A stretch of DNA of 58,238 nucleotides from Bacteroidales bacterium (GTDB taxonomy: Bacteria > Bacteroidota > Bacteroidia > Bacteroidales > UBA932), in assembly GCA_016295455.1 (NCBI GenBank), contig JAEDLE010000001.1:1-58238 (forward strand). The letters are read 5' to 3'. The notes under the pieces were generated by a model, which was not told the DNA's origin, made no database searches, and saw only the letters and a list, made by a program, of their open reading frames with translations. The translations under genes and the position numbers were made by a program. This document shows, in pieces, positions 29,899 to 39,104 of the stretch (position 1 is its first letter; each line of letters begins with the position of its first letter).

Positions 29899-30351
29899 AT
29901 GGTCACATTCATCGGTAAAGCAACGGCAAAACTGGATGACAAGGGACGTATGGTGTTCCCTTCGTTGTTCAAATCCGCCGTGCCCGAAGGCGAGGAAATG
30001 ACCTTCGTAGTCCACAAGGACATACATTCAGACTGCCTGGAGATGTACACCTTCCCGGAATGGCAGCGCCAGAGCGAAGCCGTCAAGTCAAGGCTTGACC
30101 TGCTCGACAACAGACACGCTGCATTCTGGAGGAGATATATGCTCGAAAGGGCTGTCGTGACACCCGACCCGAAGCTCGGCCGCATCACCATACCTGCGGA
30201 ACTCCTCGAGAAGATAGGAGTAACAAAAGAAGTGGTGTTCCTAGGCGGCGACTACAAAATCGAAATCTGGGCGAAGGAGAAATTCGAAGCCCAGCTTCTT
30301 TCCGACGACGATTACAGATCGATGGCCGAAGAACTGTCCCGCACGAGATAG
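29899..30351 (+). CDS. mraZ: Transcriptional regulator MraZ
   Basis: KLDDKGR, GRITIP, IEIW; first gene of dcw cluster. Confidence 0.92.
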   Translation: MVTFIGKATAKLDDKGRMVFPSLFKSAVPEGEEMTFVVHKDIHSDCLEMYTFPEWQRQSEAVKSRLDLLDNRHAAFWRRYMLERAVVTPDPKLGRITIPAELLEKIGVTKEVVFLGGDYKIEIWAKEKFEAQLLSDDDYRSMAEELSRTR

Positions 30352-30363
30352 GAGGTCCGGCAG

Positions 30364-31299
30364 ATGTCCCTGTATCACACATCAGTACTGCTTGACGAGA
30401 GCGTTTCCGCCCTGGTCACGGATGACGCCGGCACCTACGTCGACGCCACCTTCGGAGGGGGCGGGCACAGCCGCGAGATCCTTTCACGCCTGGGTCCCGA
30501 CGGCCGCCTCATCGCCTTCGACCGCGATGCCGACGCCCTTGAGAACCGTATCGAAGACCCACGCTTCACCCTGGTGCACAACAACTTCCGCTTTGTCCAC
30601 AACTACGTGATGCTGGACAGTCTCGAACACGGTTCTGAAGATATCTGGAAGGCCGGGATTGACGGCATACTCGCGGACCTGGGAGTATCCTCACACCAGT
30701 TCGACACTGCCGAAAGGGGCTTCTCCTTCCGCTATGACGCCCCTCTGGACATGCGCATGGGCAAGGAGTCGGACCGGACAGCCGCAGACATCATAAACGG
30801 AGCGGCTCAGGAAGACCTGGAACGCATATTCCGCGTATATGGCGAAGTGGAGAACTCCCGACGCTGCGCGGAGCTGGTGGTCAAGGCGAGGAGCCGGGAA
30901 GCCATAGACACTACCGGCAAGCTTGATGCGGCGCTCAAGCCCCTGCTGCCGCGTTTTGCCGAACACAAGTACCTCGCGAAGGTATATCAGGCGCTCAGGA
31001 TCGAGGTGAACGGAGAGATGCGCTCGCTCGAGAAATTCCTCTCCGGGGCTGCGGCTTCCATAAAGGAAGGCGGCCGTCTGGTCGTGATTACCTATCACTC
31101 GCTGGAGGACAGGATGGTGAAGAATTTCATACGCACCGGCAACGTGGACGGAAAGGAGGACAAGGACATCTACGGCCGCCTGCATGCGCCCTTCACCGCC
31201 CTCAACCGCAAGCCGATACTCCCTCCGGAGGAGGAGATTTCCGCAAACACCAGGGCAAGGAGCGCAAAGCTCAGAATCGCAACCAGAAACGGAGAGTAG
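30364..31299 (+). CDS. rsmH: 16S rRNA m4C1402 methyltransferase
   Basis: DATFGGGGHS, DLGVSSHQ, LDMRM, YQALRIEVN, YHSLEDR, RSAKLR. Confidence 0.97.
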   Translation: MSLYHTSVLLDESVSALVTDDAGTYVDATFGGGGHSREILSRLGPDGRLIAFDRDADALENRIEDPRFTLVHNNFRFVHNYVMLDSLEHGSEDIWKAGIDGILADLGVSSHQFDTAERGFSFRYDAPLDMRMGKESDRTAADIINGAAQEDLERIFRVYGEVENSRRCAELVVKARSREAIDTTGKLDAALKPLLPRFAEHKYLAKVYQALRIEVNGEMRSLEKFLSGAAASIKEGGRLVVITYHSLEDRMVKNFIRTGNVDGKEDKDIYGRLHAPFTALNRKPILPPEEEISANTRARSAKLRIATRNGE

Positions 31300-31303
31300 A
31301 CAT

Positions 31304-31648
31304 ATGCATATGAGTTTCAAGGAAATACTGGCGGCGGTGAAGGAAAGTGTCAGCGCCATATTCAGGGGGGAGTTCCTGCTCAGACTGCACATCGAGAGGC
31401 TCTTTCCGCATATACTCTTCACTTTTCTGGTGATGTGGATGTCCATACTCATGGACATGAGGGTGGAGAAGACGATGGTGGAGCTGGAAAGGAGCAAGAG
31501 TGAACTGAACGACATGAGGATACTCCACGCGCACAAGACGGTGCAGATGGTGAGCCTCAACAGGATAAGCACGGTACAGGGCATGCTGGAAAGCAAAGGC
31601 TCGGAAGTGACGCTGCCGGAAAAACCGGCTGCTGTGATAAGGAAATAG
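31304..31648 (+). CDS. ftsL: FtsL-like cell division protein
   Basis: Single TM helix plus coiled coil between rsmH and ftsI. Confidence 0.75.
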   Translation: MHMSFKEILAAVKESVSAIFRGEFLLRLHIERLFPHILFTFLVMWMSILMDMRVEKTMVELERSKSELNDMRILHAHKTVQMVSLNRISTVQGMLESKGSEVTLPEKPAAVIRK

Positions 31649-31651
31649 CAT

Positions 31652-33571
31652 ATGGCCAGGGAAAAGGAAAACAGGGACAGCAATACGACGGGACTGATGG
31701 TCTACGTCGCATATCTCATTTCCCTCGTGCTGGGAGTGGTGATAATCGGGCGCATCGCCCAGATACAGCTCTTCTACCGCGTCGACCCCAGCGTCGAGGA
31801 CCTCTTCCGCCCAAGGAACAGCAAGGTGATGCTCGAGCCGACCAGAGGATCCATCATAGCCAGTGACGGCAGGCTGCTCGCCCTCTCGACGCCCATGTAC
31901 CAGGTATATATGGACTGCGCCGTAAGAAAGGGAGACAACGATGCCCAGCAGGAAAAGGAATGGATGGACAAGGCCAGGCAGCTTTCATCCGGACTCGCTT
32001 CGGCATATGGTGACAGGAGCGCCGGCGAGTATTACGAGCTCATCAGGCGCAGCAGGAACGACAACAGGCGCTACGTGAAGATAGGCTACCCGGTCAATCA
32101 CGAGACCATGCAGAAGGTCAAGTCCCTGCCTCTCTTCTGCGAAGGCGCGAACCGGGGCGGATTCCTGGTGGAGAAGAACGACAGCCGGCAGTATCCATAC
32201 GGGACCCTCGCGAGAAGGACCATAGGCTACGTCAAGGACAACAGCAGGAGCAACGGCAACAACCTGCTCGGACTCGAGGGCAAGTTCAACTACCAGCTTC
32301 ACGGAAAGGAGGGCTACGAATGGCTCAAGACCACCGACAACAGGAGGAGGATACACAACTACGACAGTTCCTACGTCAAGGCGGAGGACGGATACGACCT
32401 GAGGACCACCCTTGACATAGACATACAGGACATCGCCGACAGGGCGCTGCGCAACCAGATCGAGGACAACCCGAAGATCGAGGGAGGCTGCGTAGTGGTG
32501 ATGGATGTGAAGACCGGAGGCATACGCGCGATGGTCAACCTGCTCAGGGACGAACAGGGCAGACTGAACGAAAGCTACAATATGGCCATAGGCCGCACCG
32601 GAGAGCCGGGTTCAGTGTTCAAGGCCACCACCCTGATGAGCCTGCTCGAGGACGGAAAGGTCAGGCTGAGCGACGAGATTCCGACCAATCACGGCGACGT
32701 GAAGGGCTTCCAGAGGGACCAGCACATAGCCGACTACGAAAGGGAGAACAAGACTGACAGGATCAGCGTGCTTCACGGTTTCGAGATATCCTCGAACTAC
32801 GTCTTCCGCAAGCTCGCCATCGACAACTACGGCGACAAGCCCAAGAAGATGATAGACAAGCTGTACATGTACAAGCTGGGCGAGGCATATGACTTCGACC
32901 TCGAAGGATTCAAGACCCCGGTGATACCGGACCCCGAAGGCAAGAGCTGGAGCGGTACGGACCTGGGTTCGGTGGCGATCGGATACTCCGTTTCCGAGAC
33001 CCCGCTGCATATAGTGACCTTCTACAACGCCATCGCAAACAAGGGCAAGCTGATGAAACCCTACCTGGTCGAGAGCATAGAGAAGGACGGAAGCGTGAAG
33101 GAAAAGCGCGGTCCGCAGATCCTGAACGGATCCATATGCTCCAGGGCGACGGCCGACTCCCTGACCAGGGCACTGGCGGGAGTGGTCTCCAGCGGAACGG
33201 CAAAACGCAGGCTCGGCGGCGCAAGGTGCACCATAGCGGGAAAGACAGGAACGGCGAGGATAGTCCTCGACCCGAAATACACCCAGAAGAGCAGGAATCC
33301 TTATCAGGATGAATATGGCAGGAGACAGTACCAGGCCACCTTCGTGGGCTTCTTCCCTGCCGAGGAGCCGCAGTACACCGCCATAGTCGTGGTATATTCG
33401 AACCTGGACAGGGAGATATTCTACGGAGGCACGCTCCCGGCCCTGGCATTCAGGGAACTTGTGGACAACGTCTATGCCCTGGATGAGGACAACGGCGCCG
33501 TTTTGGAAAGCAAAGGCAGGGTTCCGGCCTGGGACAGGAACGGTGAAAACAGTACAGAGAAGACAAAATGA
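31652..33571 (+). CDS. ftsI: Division class B PBP (FtsI)
   Basis: RGSI, EPGSVFK (SxxK), SSN, GKTGTA. Confidence 0.92.
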   Translation: MAREKENRDSNTTGLMVYVAYLISLVLGVVIIGRIAQIQLFYRVDPSVEDLFRPRNSKVMLEPTRGSIIASDGRLLALSTPMYQVYMDCAVRKGDNDAQQEKEWMDKARQLSSGLASAYGDRSAGEYYELIRRSRNDNRRYVKIGYPVNHETMQKVKSLPLFCEGANRGGFLVEKNDSRQYPYGTLARRTIGYVKDNSRSNGNNLLGLEGKFNYQLHGKEGYEWLKTTDNRRRIHNYDSSYVKAEDGYDLRTTLDIDIQDIADRALRNQIEDNPKIEGGCVVVMDVKTGGIRAMVNLLRDEQGRLNESYNMAIGRTGEPGSVFKATTLMSLLEDGKVRLSDEIPTNHGDVKGFQRDQHIADYERENKTDRISVLHGFEISSNYVFRKLAIDNYGDKPKKMIDKLYMYKLGEAYDFDLEGFKTPVIPDPEGKSWSGTDLGSVAIGYSVSETPLHIVTFYNAIANKGKLMKPYLVESIEKDGSVKEKRGPQILNGSICSRATADSLTRALAGVVSSGTAKRRLGGARCTIAGKTGTARIVLDPKYTQKSRNPYQDEYGRRQYQATFVGFFPAEEPQYTAIVVVYSNLDREIFYGGTLPALAFRELVDNVYALDEDNGAVLESKGRVPAWDRNGENSTEKTK

Positions 33572-35046
33572 GACTTGACAGCATAATCACGGATGCGGGG
33601 GTCATCTCCTTCAGCGGAGACCCCGCCCTCGAAATACGCGCAATCTGCAGCGATTCCAGGAAAGCCGTTCCCGGTTCGCTCTTCATCGCGGTGAAGGGCT
33701 TCGCGGGCGACGGCCACAGCTACATCGCATCCGCCCTCTCCAAGGGCGCGGTCGCAGTGGCATATGAAGACGAGGAGCTCCTCAGCTCCCAGCTCGCCTC
33801 ATACCCGGGAGACAAGCCTGCCCTGATCAGGGTGAAGGCCTCCAGATATGCAGAAGCGATAATGGCCGGCAACTTTTATGACAACCCGTCGCGCAAGCTC
33901 AAGCTCGTGGGCATCACCGGCACCAACGGCAAGACCACCACGGTCACCCTTCTCTACCGCCTCTTCATGAAGCTGGGCTACAACTGCGGACTGCTATCGA
34001 CCATAGCCAATTACGTCGGCACCAGGATGAGCGAGACCGAGAACACCACGGCCGACCCGATCACCATCAACTCCCTGCTTGCGGAGATGGTGGAACAGGG
34101 CTGTGAATACTGCTTCATGGAAGTGAGTTCCATAGGCATGGAGCAGGACAGGGTCAGCGGACTGAAGTTCGCCCTCGGCATATTCTCGAACCTCACCCAC
34201 GACCACCTGGACTACCACAAGACCTTCGCGGAGTACCTCAGGTGCAAGAAGCTCTTCTTCGACAGGCTGGACGCGGACGCATATGCGCTCACAAACATAG
34301 ATGACAGGAACGGACCGGTGATGGTGCAGAACACCCCTGCCAAGGTCGTGACCTATTCCTGCAGGAGCGTGGCAGACCACTGCTGCCGCATCATCGAGGA
34401 GAGTTTCGAGGGCATGCAGCTGCGCATCGACGGACACGAGACCTGGACCAGGCTCATAGGCCAGCACAATGCCTACAACCTCCTCGCCATATACTCCGCG
34501 GCCCTGCTGCTGGGAGCCGGTGAGGAAGAGGCCCTCGTGGCCCTCAGCGGCCTGGATTCCGCCAAGGGAAGGCTCGAGACCATGCACGGCCCGCAGGGCA
34601 AGAACGTGATAATCGACTATGCCCACACACCGGACGCGATGGAGAACGTGCTCTCCACCCTCAGGGACATCTCCTGCGACAACGAACTCATCTGCGTCTT
34701 CGGCTGCGGAGGCGACAGGGACAGGACCAAGAGGCCCGAGATGGCAGCGGTAGCCGAGAAATATGCCGACAAGATAATAGTGACCAGCGACAACAGCCGC
34801 ACGGAAAGGACCGAGGACATACTCGAGGATATACGCAAGGGCTTCAGCGCGGAAGGTCTGGCGAAGGCGCTCTTCATAGCGGACCGCAGGGAGGCGATAC
34901 GCACCTCGATAATGCTCGGGAAGGAGAACTGCGCGATACTGCTCGCGGGCAAGGGTCACGAGACATATCAGATTTTCGGTCACGAAAAGCGCCACTTCGA
35001 CGAGAGAGAGGTGGTGGACGAAGTATTTAAATCCATGCAGAGATGA
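33568..35046 (+). CDS. murE: UDP-MurNAc-dipeptide:DAP ligase
   Basis: DSR, GITGTNGKTT, DHLDYH, DYAHTPD, SDNSR, LAGKGHE. Confidence 0.96.
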   Translation: MRLDSIITDAGVISFSGDPALEIRAICSDSRKAVPGSLFIAVKGFAGDGHSYIASALSKGAVAVAYEDEELLSSQLASYPGDKPALIRVKASRYAEAIMAGNFYDNPSRKLKLVGITGTNGKTTTVTLLYRLFMKLGYNCGLLSTIANYVGTRMSETENTTADPITINSLLAEMVEQGCEYCFMEVSSIGMEQDRVSGLKFALGIFSNLTHDHLDYHKTFAEYLRCKKLFFDRLDADAYALTNIDDRNGPVMVQNTPAKVVTYSCRSVADHCCRIIEESFEGMQLRIDGHETWTRLIGQHNAYNLLAIYSAALLLGAGEEEALVALSGLDSAKGRLETMHGPQGKNVIIDYAHTPDAMENVLSTLRDISCDNELICVFGCGGDRDRTKRPEMAAVAEKYADKIIVTSDNSRTERTEDILEDIRKGFSAEGLAKALFIADRREAIRTSIMLGKENCAILLAGKGHETYQIFGHEKRHFDEREVVDEVFKSMQR

Positions 35047-36344
35047 TATACCACCTCATACAGTTCCTGTCGAAGTTCGACATCCCGGGAGAAGCTCTCT
35101 TCACCCACCTGTCATCAAGGGCGATAATGGCATCCATAGCCTCGCTCCTGATAGCCTGGCTCGCGGGCAAGCGAATCATACGCTGGCTCCAGAAGAAGCA
35201 GATTGGAGAGACCATACGCGACCTCGGACTGGAAGGGCAGATGCAGAAGAAGGGCACCCCTACGATGGGCGGCATCATAATCATACTCGCCGTGGCCGTG
35301 TCGGCACTGCTCTTCTGCGACCTAACCAGCATATACAGCCAGCTGCTGCTCTTCACCCTGTTCTGGTGCGGGGCAATGGGCTTCGCGGATGACTACATCA
35401 AGGTCTTCCGCAAGAACAAGGAAGGGATGAGCGAGAGGTGGAAACTCATCCTTCAGGGCATACTCGGACTGGTTGTGGCGCTTACGGTCTGCTACAGCCC
35501 TGACATCGTGGTCAGGGAAAAGGTCATGGATGAGGATTCGACGATATACGTCAGGGATGCAGGAGACTCGCTATGCGTGAATTCAGAAAAGATAGTCAGC
35601 AGCGGACAGTGGAAGGATGAGAATGTGGTAAAGAGCACCAAGACCACCATCCCGTTCGTAAAAAGCCACGAGTTCGACTATGCCATGCTCTCCCCTTTCA
35701 AGGGCGCGTTGGGATGGTACTTCAAGTGGGCCATATACATGCTGATGATCATCATCGTCATCACGGCCTGCACCAACGGGGCGAACCTCACTGACGGGAT
35801 GGACGGGCTTTCGGCGGGGACATCCGCAATAGTCGCGGTCGTGCTTGGCATATTCGCCTGGCTGAGCGGCAACCTCGTCAACTCCGACTACCTGAACATA
35901 ATGTACATACCGGGAACCGGAGAGATTGCGGTCTTCATGTCCGCCTTCGTGGGCGCCCTGCTGGGCTTCCTCTGGCATAACGCCTTCCCGGCACAGGTAT
36001 TCATGGGAGATACCGGAAGTCTCACGATAGGAGGAATCATAGGAGTCTGCGCGGTGCTCATACGCAAGGAACTGCTGATGCCCCTGCTCTGTGGCATATT
36101 CCTGATGGAAAGCCTGTCGGTGATTCTGCAGAGGGGGTATTTCAAATATACGAAACGCAGGTACGGCGAGGGAAGGCGCATATTCCGCATGGCCCCGCTG
36201 CACCATCATTTCCAGAAGACGGGCATCCCGGCACTGCTCGGCAGACCGGCTAACGCGATACCGGAGGCGAAGATAGTAACCCGCTTCTGGATTATAGGGC
36301 TGCTGCTCGCGGTGGCAACACTCGCGATGCTGAAACTCAGATAG
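35043..36344 (+). CDS. mraY: Phospho-MurNAc-pentapeptide transferase
   Basis: KKGTPTMGG, DDYIK, NLTDGMDGL, FMGDTGS, APLHHHF. Confidence 0.97.
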   Translation: MIYHLIQFLSKFDIPGEALFTHLSSRAIMASIASLLIAWLAGKRIIRWLQKKQIGETIRDLGLEGQMQKKGTPTMGGIIIILAVAVSALLFCDLTSIYSQLLLFTLFWCGAMGFADDYIKVFRKNKEGMSERWKLILQGILGLVVALTVCYSPDIVVREKVMDEDSTIYVRDAGDSLCVNSEKIVSSGQWKDENVVKSTKTTIPFVKSHEFDYAMLSPFKGALGWYFKWAIYMLMIIIVITACTNGANLTDGMDGLSAGTSAIVAVVLGIFAWLSGNLVNSDYLNIMYIPGTGEIAVFMSAFVGALLGFLWHNAFPAQVFMGDTGSLTIGGIIGVCAVLIRKELLMPLLCGIFLMESLSVILQRGYFKYTKRRYGEGRRIFRMAPLHHHFQKTGIPALLGRPANAIPEAKIVTRFWIIGLLLAVATLAMLKLR

Positions 36345-36371
36345 TTGTAGAATAAAAGATAGCATAAGCAT

Positions 36372-37712
36372 ATGGCAAGAATCGTGGTTCTAGGTGGAGC
36401 GGAAAGCGGAGTTGGCGCCGCTGTCCTGGCAAAGGTCAAGGGATTCGACGTGTTCCTCTCCGACAAGGGGAAGATAGCCGACAGCTACATCAGCATGCTC
36501 GAGAAGTGGGAGATACCCTACGAGCAGGGACAGCACAGCGAGGAGCTGATACTCAATGCCGACGAAATCGTCAAGAGTCCGGGCATCCCGGGCACCGCGC
36601 CCATGGTCAGGAAAGCGGAGGAGAAAGGCATACACATCATCTCCGAAATCGAGTTCGCGGCAAGGTACGACAGCGCGAAGAAGATCTGCATCACCGGAAG
36701 CAACGGCAAGACCACTACCACCTCGCTCATCTACTACCTGCTCCAGCAGGCGGGCCTGAACGTCGGCCTCGGCGGCAACATAGGCAAGAGCTACGCCCTG
36801 CAGGTGGCAACTGAGAAGTTCGATTATTACGTCCTGGAAATCAGCAGTTTCCAGCTGGACAACTGTTATGACTTCAGACCGGACATCGCGATTATCACGA
36901 ACATAACCCCCGACCATCTCGACAGATACGACCACAAGATGGAGAACTATGCCAGGGCCAAGTTCCGCATTGCCAGGAACCTCACCCCGGAGGACTGCTT
37001 CATCTTCGACTCGGACGACGAGATCACCATCAGGCATCTCGACGAAATCATAGTCAGGGCCAAGATGCTGCCTTTCTCCCAGAAGAAGGAACTCAACCAG
37101 GGCGCATATGTCAAGGACGAGAAGATAGTCGTGAAGTATGACGACAGCGAATGCGACATCTTCCTCGACGAACTCGCCCTCGGAGGCATACACAATGTGT
37201 ACAACTCGATGGCGGCGGCGCTCGCCGCCAAGGCGGCGGGCATAGACAACAAGGTGATACGCAACTCACTGGAGACCTTCCAGCCGATTGAGCACAGGCT
37301 CGAACCGGTGCTCAGCGTCAAAGGCGTGCTCTATGTGAACGACTCCAAGGCGACCAATGTGGACGCTGCCTGGTACGCCCTGGAATGCCAGAAGAAGCCG
37401 GTGGTATGGATAGTCGGAGGCACTGACAAGGGCAACGACTACTCCGTGCTGCTGCCGCTGGTCAGGGAGAAGGTCAAGGGCATAGTCTGCCTCGGACTGG
37501 ACAACAGGAAGATACACCAGGCCTTCGAAAGCGTGGTGGGCAGCGGGAGGATGGTGGACGTGAAGTCCGCTGACGAGGCCGTGAAGGAGGCCAGCAGGAT
37601 GGCATCCGACGGGGATGTCGTGCTCCTGAGCCCCTGCTGCGCAAGCTTCGACCTCTTCACCTGCTACGAAGACCGCGGTGAAAAGTTCAAGGAAGCGGTG
37701 AGGAATCTGTAA
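36372..37712 (+). CDS. murD: UDP-MurNAc-L-Ala:D-Glu ligase
   Basis: SPGIP, ITGSNGKTT, EISSFQL, DHLDRY, NDSKATN, LSPCCASFD. Confidence 0.97.
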   Translation: MARIVVLGGAESGVGAAVLAKVKGFDVFLSDKGKIADSYISMLEKWEIPYEQGQHSEELILNADEIVKSPGIPGTAPMVRKAEEKGIHIISEIEFAARYDSAKKICITGSNGKTTTTSLIYYLLQQAGLNVGLGGNIGKSYALQVATEKFDYYVLEISSFQLDNCYDFRPDIAIITNITPDHLDRYDHKMENYARAKFRIARNLTPEDCFIFDSDDEITIRHLDEIIVRAKMLPFSQKKELNQGAYVKDEKIVVKYDDSECDIFLDELALGGIHNVYNSMAAALAAKAAGIDNKVIRNSLETFQPIEHRLEPVLSVKGVLYVNDSKATNVDAAWYALECQKKPVVWIVGGTDKGNDYSVLLPLVREKVKGIVCLGLDNRKIHQAFESVVGSGRMVDVKSADEAVKEASRMASDGDVVLLSPCCASFDLFTCYEDRGEKFKEAVRNL

Positions 37713-37730
37713 TACGGAAGAGAACAGGCA

Positions 37731-39101
37731 ATGGCGAAGAAAACAAAGAATGCGGGATGGTTCTGGAACTTCATGGAAGGGCTCCAGGGGGACAAGGTGG
37801 TCTGGATGATACTCCTTATCCTGGTGATGCTCTCCATCCTCGCCATATCCTCATCCACCCCCCTGCTCGCCCTCCAGAACGACACCACCAGGGCCGAAAT
37901 CATCAAGGAACAGCTCTTCGTGGTGGGACTGGGACTGCTGGCGGTCGTCGCCATATACAATTTCAAGAACATCGAGAAGATGATGTCCCTGTCGAAATGG
38001 GGTTTCCTCATATGCCTGGCGATGCTCATCTTCATAGCGGTGCCGCTCAAGATCGGACCGATAAAGGCTGTGGAGATAAACAACGCGACAAGGGCGATCA
38101 GCGTATTCGGACTGCAGCTGCACGTCTATGAATTCACCAAAGTGCTGATGGTGATGTACCTTGCCTGGGCCGTGGATGCGGTCAGAAGGGATGACCTTCC
38201 GCTCGCCAACAGGCTTGCAGCCACCTCCTGGGGCGGTTTCTTCGCAAGAAAATCCTGGAAATACCTGCTCTACATCTTCGGACCGATACTGACAGTCAGC
38301 GTGCTGATACTCAAGGGCAGTGTCTCCAGCACCATATTCATAGGAGGAATAATGTTCATCACCGTGCTGGTGGGAGGCATAAAGCTGAAGTACCTGATGC
38401 CGTATGCGGCGATCGCGGTGGTCCTGATGGCATTGTGCGTCGGCCTGTACTTCGCTTCGGACGGGGCGATGTTCGGCAGGGTGGGAACGGCAATGGAACG
38501 CATCTCGCGCCACAGCGAGGACCCTATGGAATCCCTGCTGAAGCACAAACGCGGCACGGCGGAATTCCAGGACGTGCTGGACATGATCAAGCAGCCGGTA
38601 AGCGCGAAAGTCGCCATAAGCGAGGCGGGATTCTTCGGCAAAGGAGTCGGCCGCAGCACCCAGAGATACGTCGTCCCGATCATGTTCGAAGACTATATGT
38701 TCAGTTTCATAGTCGAGGAATATGGCATATTGGGAGCCCTGCTGGTGATAGTGCTCTACGCCAGTCTCCTGGCCAGAGGCTCGCTGATAGTGAAGAAATG
38801 CAACCGGGCGTTCGAACGCACGGCGATCGCGGGACTGGTCATACTCATCTCGGGGCAGGCATTCATGCATATGCTGATAAACGTGGACCTGGGGCCGCTG
38901 ACAGGACAGACCCTGCCTATGATAAGCCACGGCAAGAGCTCCTTCCTGGCCTTCAGCATGGCATTCGGCATAATCCTGTCCATCAGCCGTGTTGCGAAGA
39001 AGAGGATGGACAAGCTCTCGGACGACGCGGACGCGATAGTAAGGAGAAACGACGAGGTCAGGGACGGACTCAGCGACCTCAATGATTTTGAAAGCAACTA
39101 G
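37731..39101 (+). CDS. ftsW: SEDS family peptidoglycan polymerase FtsW
   Basis: Multi-TM; GKGVG, DYMFSFIVEEYG, PLTGQTLPMISHG. Confidence 0.92.
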   Translation: MAKKTKNAGWFWNFMEGLQGDKVVWMILLILVMLSILAISSSTPLLALQNDTTRAEIIKEQLFVVGLGLLAVVAIYNFKNIEKMMSLSKWGFLICLAMLIFIAVPLKIGPIKAVEINNATRAISVFGLQLHVYEFTKVLMVMYLAWAVDAVRRDDLPLANRLAATSWGGFFARKSWKYLLYIFGPILTVSVLILKGSVSSTIFIGGIMFITVLVGGIKLKYLMPYAAIAVVLMALCVGLYFASDGAMFGRVGTAMERISRHSEDPMESLLKHKRGTAEFQDVLDMIKQPVSAKVAISEAGFFGKGVGRSTQRYVVPIMFEDYMFSFIVEEYGILGALLVIVLYASLLARGSLIVKKCNRAFERTAIAGLVILISGQAFMHMLINVDLGPLTGQTLPMISHGKSSFLAFSMAFGIILSISRVAKKRMDKLSDDADAIVRRNDEVRDGLSDLNDFESN

Positions 39102-39104
39102 AAA